Shown: positions 10,030 to 18,787 of the stretch, one piece after another | Numbering within the stretch: the stretch's first letter is position 1 | Layout: the number at the start of each line of letters is the position of its first letter | Assembly: GCA_028710495.1 (NCBI GenBank) | Contig: JAQUST010000006.1 | Location: 1,993-65,992 of the forward strand | Reading direction: 5' to 3' | Origin: Clostridia bacterium | GTDB lineage: Bacteria; Bacillota; Clostridia; Christensenellales; CAG-917 | DNA: 64,000 nucleotides | The notes under the pieces: model-generated | Told to the model about the DNA's origin: nothing | Seen by the model: only the letters and a program-made list of their open reading frames with translations | Databases searched by the model: none | Translations under genes and position numbers: made by a program

Positions 10030-11142
10030 ATGGGATTTCTTAGAAAGAACCTTTTGTCTGTTATAGAATGGAAAGATGACAGCAAAAATACACTGGTTTA
10101 TCGCTACGTAGTGGCTGATAGATATGAAATTATGAAGGGCTCAAAACTCGTTGTCAACGAGTCGCAAGCAGCAATTTTCGTATGTGAAGGTCAAATTGCG
10201 GATATTTTTACCGCCGGTACATATACACTCGAAGCGAAAAATCTTCCTATCATAACCAAAATTTTGTCGTGGAAATACGGATTTGATTCACCTTACAAGG
10301 GTGACATCTATTTTGTCAATCTTAGACAATACACAAACATCAAGTGGGGCACAACAAACCCAATTATGATGCGAGATAGCGATTTCGGACTTATTAGACT
10401 TCGCGGATTTGGTAACTTCGCATTCCGTGTTATATTGCCCGCTGTCTTTATGCGTGAGTTGTTTGGCACGGTAAAGCTTTTCAAAACAGAAGACATTGAA
10501 AACTATATCAAGAACATAGTTTTGTCAACTTTGACAGACTTACTTGGAGAATGCAAAATCCCGGCGCTTGACCTTGCTTCGCAATATCTTGAACTCGGCG
10601 ATACAACAAGAGATTTGATAAAGCCTAAGTTCGCTGAACTTGGACTCGAATGCACAAATGTGTTTATTCAAAATCTTTCGCTTCCTCCAGAAGTTGAAAA
10701 GGCACTCGACGAGCGCACAACACTCGGCGTTTTGGGCGACAAGATGGGACAATATGCTCAATATCAAGCCGCAAATGCCATGCGCGATGCCGCAAAGCAA
10801 CCAGGCGGAATGGCAGGTGGCGGAATCGGTATGGGAGCAGGTATGGCTATGGGTGGAATGATGGCAAAATCATTTGCCGATGCAGGAACACAGGCTGAAA
10901 CCGAAAAATGTCCTAAATGCGGAGTCGCAGTCGAAAAAGGTTTGAAATTCTGCCCTGAATGCGGAACAGCTATGGGCGGTTCATCCAAAATTGCTTGTCC
11001 TGAATGTGGCGCACAAGTGAAAGCATCTGCAAAATTCTGTCCAGATTGCGGTTCGCCGATGTGCTACAACTGCACAAAATGCGGAGCAGTGTTGAAAGGT
11101 AAACAAAAATTTTGTCCTGAGTGCGGAGCAAAAATTAACTAA
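10030..11142 (+). CDS. SPFH/band-7 domain protein with C-terminal zinc ribbons (COG4260, YdjI-like)
   Basis: N-terminal SPFH-like region, a Gly/Met-rich linker (GGMAGGGIGMGAGMAMGGMMA), then three CPxCG...FCPxCG double zinc-ribbon repeats. GGAGG lies at 10017-10021 and the ATG at 10030. The track start TTG 10015 overlaps the SD. Confidence 0.8.
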   Translation: MGFLRKNLLSVIEWKDDSKNTLVYRYVVADRYEIMKGSKLVVNESQAAIFVCEGQIADIFTAGTYTLEAKNLPIITKILSWKYGFDSPYKGDIYFVNLRQYTNIKWGTTNPIMMRDSDFGLIRLRGFGNFAFRVILPAVFMRELFGTVKLFKTEDIENYIKNIVLSTLTDLLGECKIPALDLASQYLELGDTTRDLIKPKFAELGLECTNVFIQNLSLPPEVEKALDERTTLGVLGDKMGQYAQYQAANAMRDAAKQPGGMAGGGIGMGAGMAMGGMMAKSFADAGTQAETEKCPKCGVAVEKGLKFCPECGTAMGGSSKIACPECGAQVKASAKFCPDCGSPMCYNCTKCGAVLKGKQKFCPECGAKIN

Positions 11143-11165
11143 TATTTCTTAGATTTGAGGATAAA

Positions 11166-12266
11166 ATGGCGAATTCAAAGACAGCGGTTGTAAAATGCAA
11201 AAATTGTGGGGCGGATCTTGTTTGGGATGCTACAAAAGGAAGACTTGCTTGTCCGTATTGTGATGGCGAAACAGAGATTGAAAAGAAGAGTTCAGCTCTG
11301 CGTGACTATTATACTTGCTCAAAGGATGGATATGTTGAGGAAGGTGGCACGGTGTATCATTGCCCAAATTGCGATGCGGAAACTACTATCGAAGGATTTG
11401 ATACAGCTGTAAACTGTCCGTTTTGCGGAGCGACAAATATTATGAAAACGGAGAATTTGCCAGGACTCAAACCTGACAGCATTCTTCCATTCAAATTGAC
11501 TGCTGACGATGCTTGCCTGTGGGGCAGAAAATGGATCAAGAAAAGAATTTTTGCACCATCAAAGTGTAAAAAGAACTTTAACCCCGACAAGTTTAAGGGC
11601 GTTTATATCCCTAATTTTTCATTCAATACAGATACCGATTCAAACTATGATGGCGTACTCGGTGAATATTACTATGTAACAGTGGGAACGGGCAAGAACA
11701 GGCATACAGTGCGTCGAACACGCTGGTTCAACGTAAGCGGTTCGCTCGATAAGGATTATACCAATCTGCTTGTTGAGGCAAGCTCTCATATTGAACAAAA
11801 ACAGCTTGGTAAAATTTTGCCGTTTGACCTAGCGGCGACTGAAGCATATCGCCCTGAGTATTTAGCAGGATTTTCAGCAGAGCGCTACAACACATCTTTG
11901 CAAGACAGTTTTGGTATTGCAAAAGGCATTATCGATGCCGATATACGAAAAGCAATTTTGAATTTGTATAATGCTGATGTCGTTCAAACTTTGAATGTAT
12001 CAACCAGTTTTAAAACTATAAATTTCAAATACATACTTTTGCCGATATGGATATGCGGTTACAGCTTCAAGCAAAAGCTTTATCAGTTTATTGTGAATGC
12101 AAGAACGGGTAAAAGTACGGGAAAAGCACCTGTTTCACCACTTAGAGTTTTGATTGCCGTGCTTTTAGGACTTGGAATTGCTGCATTGGCGATTTGGGGC
12201 TTGGGTATAGTTGGAAATTTGGATTCCGGCATTTTGTCTTTTTCTAATTTCCAATTGTTGAACTAA
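11166..12266 (+). CDS. Zinc-ribbon membrane-anchored protein (YdjG-like partner of the SPFH protein)
   Basis: Two N-terminal zinc ribbons (CKNCG..CPYC; CPNC..CPFCG) and a C-terminal TM helix (VLIAVLLGLGIAALAIWGLGIV). The GAGGA SD is at 11157-11161. The gene starts 23 nt after the SPFH gene. Confidence 0.55.
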   Translation: MANSKTAVVKCKNCGADLVWDATKGRLACPYCDGETEIEKKSSALRDYYTCSKDGYVEEGGTVYHCPNCDAETTIEGFDTAVNCPFCGATNIMKTENLPGLKPDSILPFKLTADDACLWGRKWIKKRIFAPSKCKKNFNPDKFKGVYIPNFSFNTDTDSNYDGVLGEYYYVTVGTGKNRHTVRRTRWFNVSGSLDKDYTNLLVEASSHIEQKQLGKILPFDLAATEAYRPEYLAGFSAERYNTSLQDSFGIAKGIIDADIRKAILNLYNADVVQTLNVSTSFKTINFKYILLPIWICGYSFKQKLYQFIVNARTGKSTGKAPVSPLRVLIAVLLGLGIAALAIWGLGIVGNLDSGILSFSNFQLLN

Positions 12267-12531
12267 ATACAAATGCTTAACGAATTAGCTTGATAAAATC
12301 AATACATGTTGTCGAAATAGTTACAAATGCTTAACGACTAAAATTGTTAAGTCTTATATTTGTTGTTGAAATGAAGAATGTCTAATGACTTATAATTAAT
12401 AAGTCCTGAATTTTTTACTGAAATAGAGCAAACGTTTACGACTTGAAATTGATAAGTTCAATATTTAATTTTAGAAATAGAAGTAAATCTTGAATGACAA
12501 AAATTTATCAATTTGATATTTGATGAAATAG
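12267..12531 (+). repeat. Five degenerate direct repeats of 51-54 bp, each ending in gaaata(g)
   Basis: Units at 12267-12320, 12321-12373, 12374-12426, 12427-12480 and 12481-12531. Approximate consensus: acaaatgcttaacgac-taaaattgataagt-c..atattt.tt..gaaatag. Units 2 and 3 contain a short internal dyad (cttaac/gttaag; gacttat/ataagtc). Confidence 0.75.
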
Positions 12532-12636
12532 GAATTTTATTTTTTTAATTGATGAACAAGCCAGGAGTGGTATTCAATCCACAAACTGACACAAACTATA
12601 GAAATAAAAAGCGCAAAGCGCAAACGGAGGACAAAA

Positions 12637-12834
12637 ATGGTCACAAAAGATATGTTGATAGCAGATGTTTTGAAAATGGGTGATGTTGATAAAATTGCTG
12701 AAGTGTTTGCAGGTTTTGGTATGCATTGTTTGATGTGTATGCTTTCACACGGAGAAACTCTTGAACAGGCAGCAGCGGCACACGGCGTTGATGTAAATGA
12801 TATTTTAACAGCATTAGATGCGGTTATAAAATAA
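12637..12834 (+). CDS. DUF1858 / hybrid-cluster-protein-associated redox disulfide domain protein
   Basis: 65 aa: TKDMLIADVL...FGMHCLMC...ETLEQAAAAHGVDVNDIL matches the DUF1858 pattern including CxxC. GGAGG lies at 12626-12630. Confidence 0.85.
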   Translation: MVTKDMLIADVLKMGDVDKIAEVFAGFGMHCLMCMLSHGETLEQAAAAHGVDVNDILTALDAVIK

Positions 12835-12861
12835 TTTTTAACATCGCTTGGAGGAACTTGA

Positions 12862-13428
12862 ATGAATCTTAATAACAATGATGCTATATCAAAGCGCTTG
12901 TTTGAACTGCGTACATTTTCAGATTACAGCACATTGGAAATGGCTAATATGCTCAACATAGATGAGCAAGAATACAAAGATTATGAAAATGACACAAAAG
13001 AGATGCCAATCAATTTGATATACAAATTTGCAAATCTTCTAGACACAGAAGCAGCTTATGTTCTTTCGGGTATTATGCCCACAAATGATGCGGTCTCAGT
13101 GGTTTATGATGGCAAAGGTGCATCAGTAAAGCGTTACGAGGGATATTCATTCACTTCACTTGCATCTGACTTCAAATGCAAAACTATGAATCCTATGCTT
13201 GTCGTGATTGACCCGACTGACAGCCCTGAGCTTGTCAAACACGGCGGTCAAGAGTTCAACTTTGTGGTTGAGGGCGAATTGAGAGTTATTGTTGCGGACA
13301 AAGAATATTTTCTAAGAGAGGGAGACAGCATTTACTTTGACCCGACTTTTCCGCACGCGCAACTAGCTATGGGCGGAAAGCCTGCAAAGTTTTTGACAGT
13401 TATAAACGAACATAACGAAAAGAACTAG
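12862..13428 (+). CDS. XRE-family HTH transcriptional regulator with C-terminal cupin domain
   Basis: The N-terminal HTH_3-like region is ISKRLFELRTFSDYSTLEMANMLNIDEQEYKDYEN. The C-terminal cupin_2-like region is GGQEFNFVVEGELRV...GDSIYFDPTFPH. GGAGG lies at 12850-12854. Confidence 0.8.
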   Translation: MNLNNNDAISKRLFELRTFSDYSTLEMANMLNIDEQEYKDYENDTKEMPINLIYKFANLLDTEAAYVLSGIMPTNDAVSVVYDGKGASVKRYEGYSFTSLASDFKCKTMNPMLVVIDPTDSPELVKHGGQEFNFVVEGELRVIVADKEYFLREGDSIYFDPTFPHAQLAMGGKPAKFLTVINEHNEKN

Positions 13429-13472
13429 AAAATATTCTTTTCAAAAAATTCTGTAAAGTTATTATGTAATTC

Positions 13473-13510
13473 AAAAAACCGCTCTTCGAAAAAGATAGAG
13501 CGGTTTTTTT
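13473..13510. terminator. Bidirectional rho-independent terminator
   Basis: aaaaaa-ccgctct-(11 nt)-agagcgg-ttttttt: an A-run upstream and a T-run downstream. Confidence 0.8.
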
Positions 13511-13660
13511 GTAAGTTAATAAAAGAAAGAAAGAACAATTTCGACAAAATACAGTATATTGCCAACGGTTACTTTCAAATTATCCTCAAATACTCCGATA
13601 ATACTTCAATAATTTTTGGAATATTTTCCGATTGAATTGTTATAATTTTTTAGTGGTGAA

Positions 13661-13762
13661 AACAAGCAACTGGCTAACTAATAACTGCTAAACAAGCAAC
13701 TGGCTAACTAATAACTGCTAAACAAGCAACTGGCTAACTAATAACTGCTAAACAAGCAACTG
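13661..13762. repeat. Perfect 30-bp tandem repeat, 3.4 copies
   Basis: aacaagcaactggctaactaataactgcta at 13661-13690, 13691-13720 and 13721-13750, plus a 12-nt partial copy. Each unit carries several stop triplets (taa, tag), so it is non-coding. Confidence 0.95.
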
Positions 13763-13963
13763 CAAAAACAAACAAATGCTAAAACTAATGACTAGTAAAA
13801 AACGGCTAAAATAAGTAATGTTAATAAAGATTTTTTTGTATAAAAATATAATTGTTCAAAGAAAAATTTAGAATTTGGTTTATTTTGAAATCACAACGAC
13901 GTTGAATTTGCATTTTTCAGAAATAGAATTTATCTTTTTTTAGAGTCGCTTCCGATTTTCAGT

Positions 13964-14470
13964 TTACATAAATCTACAAAGTGCGCAAGCGATTATTGTG
14001 CCTGATAGTGTCGAAAAAATTGCAACAGGGATTGCATATCGCAAATGCTTGACTTTGCAAGTGGAAAAATACACGGCGGAAATATAAAAAATTGTTTCGG
14101 TTGCTCCGCATATGACTGAAGCACATCGGGTTATGTAGCTGTCTGCGCCATACTCGGCAATAATTTCGTTGAGTAGTGCAATCGTTCCGTTGCCCGAAAG
14201 CGGAATGAGAAAAATAAGCTCCGCTAACTCAGAGGGTATTCCAAGGTATGCCAAAGGATAGGAGAGCAAAAACGCAATTGAATGTGCCAATCCGCTTGCC
14301 TTGAAAAGCGTGATGCATACAAAAATTGCAGAAATATAAGGAAGAATGCTTTTGATAAGTTCGAGTCCGCCTCGAGCTCCGTCAATAAAGCAGTCATAAA
14401 CAGCAACTTTTTTTACGGCGCAAATAACAAGCATAATAATTATTAAAGCAGGAAGAATGTATACAGTCAT
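13964..14470 (-). CDS. spmB: Spore maturation protein B (nucleoside-recognition/Gate domain)
   Basis: MTVYILPALIIIMLVICAVKKVAVYDCFIDGARGGLELIKSILPY is a SpmB-like N-terminus. ATG 14470 overlaps the spmA stop codon (ATGA). The longer track ORF, running to 14548, lies inside spmA. Confidence 0.8.
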   Translation of the reverse strand: MTVYILPALIIIMLVICAVKKVAVYDCFIDGARGGLELIKSILPYISAIFVCITLFKASGLAHSIAFLLSYPLAYLGIPSELAELIFLIPLSGNGTIALLNEIIAEYGADSYITRCASVICGATETIFYISAVYFSTCKVKHLRYAIPVAIFSTLSGTIIACALCRFM

Positions 14471-15216
14471 ATTTTTTTCTGTGTTTCCTTTGCTCTTTGC
14501 AAATTTGTTGTTTTTGTGTTGAGTGCATTGATTTTTTTTATTGAGCAAGTATCAAACTCTCCGATTTTGTTTGATTTCAAGTTATCTAATTTGCAAAATT
14601 CATTTGTTTTTGAAGCTGATTTGGAAGCAGAAGCTAATTCCGAAGCGGATTTGGCAGAGGACTTTGACATAGAACCGAAAATTTTGCAGAGAATGATACC
14701 GATAGTTGTTGAAAATCCAGATGCTATCAACGTGGGGAAAAAGATATCAGCGGCGTTTTCGCTACCTGCAGTAGCACGCAAGGCAATCACAGTTGCGGGA
14801 ATGAGTTGAAGAGAGGTCGCGGCAATAACCAAAAGCAATATCATATTCGGTGTTGCGGTGCTGTCACCTTTGTTCATATGTTCCATTGCTTTTATTCCTG
14901 CAGGTGTTGCAGCTCCGCCCATTCCTAAAAGATTGCAAGCAAAATTCAAAGATATTGCGGTGTAGGCATCATCACTTTCGCCCTTGAAAAGGCGTTTAGT
15001 GATGGGATGCAGCATTCGTGACACGAGTTTGTCAACTCCTGTGCGTTCCATCATTTTTAGCACGGAAAGCCAAACTGAATAGATAGCAAGAAGCTTTATG
15101 CTTAGTTCAATCGCATCGAAAGCTCCTGAAATCATTGTCGGAAAAACCGCTTCTGGCGAATTTATTGTGAGAAATGTCAATGATACAAGCGACAAAACCA
15201 AAAACACTATATTCAA
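14467..15216 (-). CDS. spmA: Spore maturation protein A (nucleoside-recognition domain) with an about 70-aa low-complexity C-terminal tail
   Basis: TTG start preceded by AGGAGG (15226..15221). The sequence NIVFLVLSLVSL...AIELSIKLLAIYSVWLSVLKMMERTG...GGAATPAGIKAM is typical of SpmA. The S/K/A-rich tail is not typical. Confidence 0.8.
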   Translation of the reverse strand: MNIVFLVLSLVSLTFLTINSPEAVFPTMISGAFDAIELSIKLLAIYSVWLSVLKMMERTGVDKLVSRMLHPITKRLFKGESDDAYTAISLNFACNLLGMGGAATPAGIKAMEHMNKGDSTATPNMILLLVIAATSLQLIPATVIALRATAGSENAADIFFPTLIASGFSTTIGIILCKIFGSMSKSSAKSASELASASKSASKTNEFCKLDNLKSNKIGEFDTCSIKKINALNTKTTNLQRAKETQKKI

Positions 15217-15265
15217 TTTGCCTCCTTTGACACCTCCAAAACCTTTGTGCCTTGCAATATTTTAT

Positions 15266-15294
15266 TTTACAATTCCTTTGTTTAGTAGTATAAT
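15266..15294 (+). promoter_or_regulatory. Sigma-A-type promoter of metG
   Basis: TTTACA (15266-15271), 17-nt spacer, TATAAT (15289-15294). This leaves a leader of only about 25 nt, with no room for a T-box. Confidence 0.5.
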
Positions 15295-15321
15295 AAGCAA
15301 AAAATAACAATAGAGGCTCCC

Positions 15322-17334
15322 ATGGCAGAGAAGTTTTACATCACAACTCCTATTTATTATCCAAGTGGAAAGTGGCATATCGGAACATGCTATACAACAG
15401 TCATTTGCGATGCAATCGCGCGTTTCAAGCGAATGCAGGGTTTTGATGTGTTCTATCTCACAGGAACAGATGAGCACGGACAAAAAATTGAACAAAGCGC
15501 AAAAGAACACGAACTTACTCCAAAACAGTGGGTTGATATCCAAGTCGAAAATTTGAAGGGTCTTTGGAAACTTTACGGCATAAGTTATGACAAATTCATT
15601 CGCACTACTGATGAAGAACACGAAAAGGCTGTTTCAAAGATATTCCAAAAGCTTTATGATAGCGGAGATATTTACAAAAGTGAATATGAAGGTTGGTATT
15701 GCGTTCCGTGTGAGTCGTTTTGGACAAAAGGACAGCTAGTTGACGGAAAATGTCCTGATTGTGGAAGAGAGGTTTCGCTCACAAAAGAGTCGAGTTACTT
15801 TTTCCGTTTGTCAAAATATGCTGACAAAATTCTGAAGTTGTTTGAAGAACACCCTGAATTTCTTGAGCCAAAAAGTAGAGAAAACGAAATGATAAACAGT
15901 TTCTTGAAGCCCGGTTTGCAAGACCTTGCGGTTTCAAGAACTTCATTCAAGTGGGGCATACCTGTTCCGTTTGACAATGACCATGTAATTTATGTTTGGA
16001 TTGACGCATTGACAAATTATATTACTGCTTTAGGATATTTATCAGACGACGACAGCGATTTCCAAAAGTACTGGCCTGCCGACATTCATATGATGGCAAA
16101 AGAAATAGTGCGTTTCCATTCAATCATTTGGCCATCTATTCTTATGGCACTCGACTTACCGCTTCCTAAGCGTGTTTACGCCCATGGTTGGTTGATGTTT
16201 GGCGGAGATAAGATTTCCAAGTCAAAGGGCAATATCGTCGACCCTGTTGAGCTAGCAAGCCGCTTTGGCGTTGATGCTATAAGATATTATCTTTTGCGTG
16301 AAGTTCCGTTTGGTCAAGATGGTCTATACACAAACGAATTGTTGCTAAAACGCATAAATATGGACCTCGCAAATATGCTCGGAAACCTTGTCAGTCGTTC
16401 ATCGGCGATGGTTGAGCAGTATTTTGGAGGAGTTTTGCCATCACCTGGAACCCCCAATGAATTTGATACTGAGCTTATTTCCGTAACGGAGTGCGCTTAT
16501 TGCGCGGTTTCTGCAAAAATGGAGGAACTAAACATTCCCGATGCTTTAAGCGAAATATTCAAAATAGTTATGTGCGCCAACAAATATATAGACCAAACTT
16601 CACCGTGGGCACTCAACAAAAACGGTGACAAAGAAAGACTTGGGACTGTTATGTATAATCTGTGCGAAGCAATTCGAGTTATTGGAGTTTTGCTTAGACC
16701 GTTCTTGATTGATACGCCATCAAAAATTTTTGAAGCATTCTCAATTCCTGAAGAATTGCAAGGATTTGACAGCATACAAAAGTTTGGAGCAAACATTGCA
16801 GGAAACAATGTGCAAAAGAGCGCTGCTTTGTTTCAGCGTATCGATATCGAAAAGGAGCTTAAAGCAATGGAAGAATTTGCAATTTCCCAACAAGCAAAAG
16901 CCGAGAATGCAGGGACTGCCGTGAATGCAGAAAATGCAACAGAAGATGACAACAACAAAAGCGCAAACAAAGCTGAGCTAAAAGATGAAAAGCTTAATAT
17001 CGTTGAAGTCAGTGAGATTTGCATTGATGATTTTGCAAAAATTCAACTTAAAGTCGGAAAAGTTGTGAAAGCAGAAAAGGTTGAAAAGGCAGACAGATTG
17101 TTGAAACTTACCGTTGAGTTGGGTGATGAAATTCGCACAATTGCAAGCAGTATCGCACAATATTACACAGTTGAAGAAATAACTAACAAAGAAATTGTGG
17201 TTGTAACAAATTTGAAACCCGCAAAATTTCGTGGAATTGAAAGCCAAGGTATGTTGCTTTGCGCAGTCAACGGAAAGGATTTGTCTCTCATTACTCCAAT
17301 GAAATCAATGCCTAGCGGCTCAGAGGTTCATTGA
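15322..17334 (+). CDS. metG: Methionine--tRNA ligase with C-terminal tRNA-binding (EMAP-like) domain
   Basis: Class I signatures are present (PSGKWHIGT, KISKSKGN), along with a CxxC...CPDC zinc knuckle and a C-terminal tRNA-binding domain (FAKIQLKVGKVVKAEKVEKADRLLKL). Confidence 0.97.
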   Translation: MAEKFYITTPIYYPSGKWHIGTCYTTVICDAIARFKRMQGFDVFYLTGTDEHGQKIEQSAKEHELTPKQWVDIQVENLKGLWKLYGISYDKFIRTTDEEHEKAVSKIFQKLYDSGDIYKSEYEGWYCVPCESFWTKGQLVDGKCPDCGREVSLTKESSYFFRLSKYADKILKLFEEHPEFLEPKSRENEMINSFLKPGLQDLAVSRTSFKWGIPVPFDNDHVIYVWIDALTNYITALGYLSDDDSDFQKYWPADIHMMAKEIVRFHSIIWPSILMALDLPLPKRVYAHGWLMFGGDKISKSKGNIVDPVELASRFGVDAIRYYLLREVPFGQDGLYTNELLLKRINMDLANMLGNLVSRSSAMVEQYFGGVLPSPGTPNEFDTELISVTECAYCAVSAKMEELNIPDALSEIFKIVMCANKYIDQTSPWALNKNGDKERLGTVMYNLCEAIRVIGVLLRPFLIDTPSKIFEAFSIPEELQGFDSIQKFGANIAGNNVQKSAALFQRIDIEKELKAMEEFAISQQAKAENAGTAVNAENATEDDNNKSANKAELKDEKLNIVEVSEICIDDFAKIQLKVGKVVKAEKVEKADRLLKLTVELGDEIRTIASSIAQYYTVEEITNKEIVVVTNLKPAKFRGIESQGMLLCAVNGKDLSLITPMKSMPSGSEVH

Positions 17335-18122
17335 TGATTATTGACACTCACGCACATTTGACAGATGAAAGATTTGAGGGAGAGGTTTCACAAATAGTTG
17401 ATGCTCTCCCTTTGTTCAACATTGAAAAAGTTGTAAGTGTGGGTTATGACAGTGTGTCTTCTCTTGGAAGCGTTGAAATTGCAAAACAATACGAAAGAGT
17501 TTACGCAACAGTAGGAATTCATCCGCACGACAGCAAAAGTGCAAGCGTAGCCGACTACAAAAAATTCGAGGAATTGAGCAAGACTAATTCAAAAATAGTT
17601 GCAATAGGCGAAATAGGACTTGACTATTTTTATGACCTTTCACCACGCGAGATTCAAAAGAAAGTTTTTGTTGAACAACTTGAACTTGCCAATGCGCTTT
17701 CAATGCCTGTTGCAATACATCTTCGTGACGCTTACGAGGATATGCGGACTTTGCTCTTGCAAAATGCTAACAAACTTCAAAATGGTTTTGTACTTCATTG
17801 TTATTCGGGTTCATTGGATATGGCAAAGGTTTATTCAAAGCTTGACGGAGCATATTTTTCGTTTGGAGGTAGTCTTACTTTCAAAAACGCAAAGCAAAAT
17901 GCAGAAGTTTTGAGATGGCTTCCCTCTGACAGAGTGTTGCTGGAAACCGATTGTCCATATCTTACACCTGTGCCATTCAGAGGCAAAAGAAATGAACCGA
18001 AATTCATTTCTTATGTGGTTGACAAGATGAATGAAATATTGGAAGTTTCGACAGAAACGATAGTTGTACAGACAAAAAACAACACAGAAACTTTGTTTGT
18101 GCGAATTAAAGACAAAAATTGA
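17334..18122 (+). CDS. tatD: TatD-family metal-dependent hydrolase
   Basis: MIIDTHAHL...IGEIGLDY...HCYSG...ETDCPYL. ATG 17334 overlaps the metG stop codon (TGATG). The track start TTG 17331 is one codon earlier. Confidence 0.9.
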   Translation: MIIDTHAHLTDERFEGEVSQIVDALPLFNIEKVVSVGYDSVSSLGSVEIAKQYERVYATVGIHPHDSKSASVADYKKFEELSKTNSKIVAIGEIGLDYFYDLSPREIQKKVFVEQLELANALSMPVAIHLRDAYEDMRTLLLQNANKLQNGFVLHCYSGSLDMAKVYSKLDGAYFSFGGSLTFKNAKQNAEVLRWLPSDRVLLETDCPYLTPVPFRGKRNEPKFISYVVDKMNEILEVSTETIVVQTKNNTETLFVRIKDKN

Positions 18123-18187
18123 CTTACAAAAAAAGTCAAAAAAACACATAAAAATAAAATTCTCACTTATTTTCTAGTGAAGGAGAA

Positions 18188-18787
18188 ATGATGAAAACCT
18201 ATGTTTATGAATTGGGCGACAGCCTTTATATCAATTTAACAAATCGTTGTTGCAATAATTGTGAGTTTTGCATACGCAATAATTCGGACGGAATTGGAGG
18301 TAACAATCTTCGCTTGGATGCCGAGCCGACTGTTGCAGAAGTTTTGGATGATTTAACTCTTTTTCCTCTAAAAAAATATAAAGAGATTGTATTTTGCGGA
18401 TTGGGTGAGCCGCTTTACCGCTTGTCTGAAATTTTGATGATTGCGCCAAAACTTAAAAAGCAGGGTTTGAAAACCAGAATAAATACAAACGGGCTGGGCG
18501 GACTTATAAACAAGAGAGATGATGTTGCAAAACTTCTTGCTCCGTTTATTGATACTATCTCAATCAGTTTGAATGCTTCAAATTCTGAAGAATATGATTT
18601 TATTTGCCGACCGAAATTCAAAGGTTCTTTTGATGCTATGTTGAAATTTGCAAAGAGTTGTGTTGATGAAGGCATTTATACTGTTATGTCTGTTGTGGAT
18701 TTTATCGGGGAAGAAGAAATTGAAGCATGCAGAAAAATTGTTGAAGAAATCGGAGCGAAATATAAAGTTCGTGAGACTATATATTAA
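18188..18787 (+). CDS. TatD-associated radical SAM protein
   Basis: The CX3CX2C motif is CCNNCEFC, and the protein is small (199 aa). It lies directly downstream of tatD. AAGGAG precedes the gene; the true start could be ATG 18188 or 18191. Confidence 0.7.
   Translation: MMKTYVYELGDSLYINLTNRCCNNCEFCIRNNSDGIGGNNLRLDAEPTVAEVLDDLTLFPLKKYKEIVFCGLGEPLYRLSEILMIAPKLKKQGLKTRINTNGLGGLINKRDDVAKLLAPFIDTISISLNASNSEEYDFICRPKFKGSFDAMLKFAKSCVDEGIYTVMSVVDFIGEEEIEACRKIVEEIGAKYKVRETIY

Noticed and set aside
12267-13762. Possible CRISPR arrays among the tandem repeats (12267-12531, 13661-13762, 20642-20875, 60104-60154)
   Set aside because: The units are contiguous head-to-tail repeats with no unique spacers between conserved repeats. 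No cas genes are present in the window, and the unit sequences are A-rich and not CRISPR-like.
15217-15321. T-box riboswitch upstream of metG
   Set aside because: Only 105 nt separate spmA from metG, and a promoter sits about 25 nt before the SD. There is no room for a T-box leader of about 200 nt, and no specifier/terminator structure is visible.
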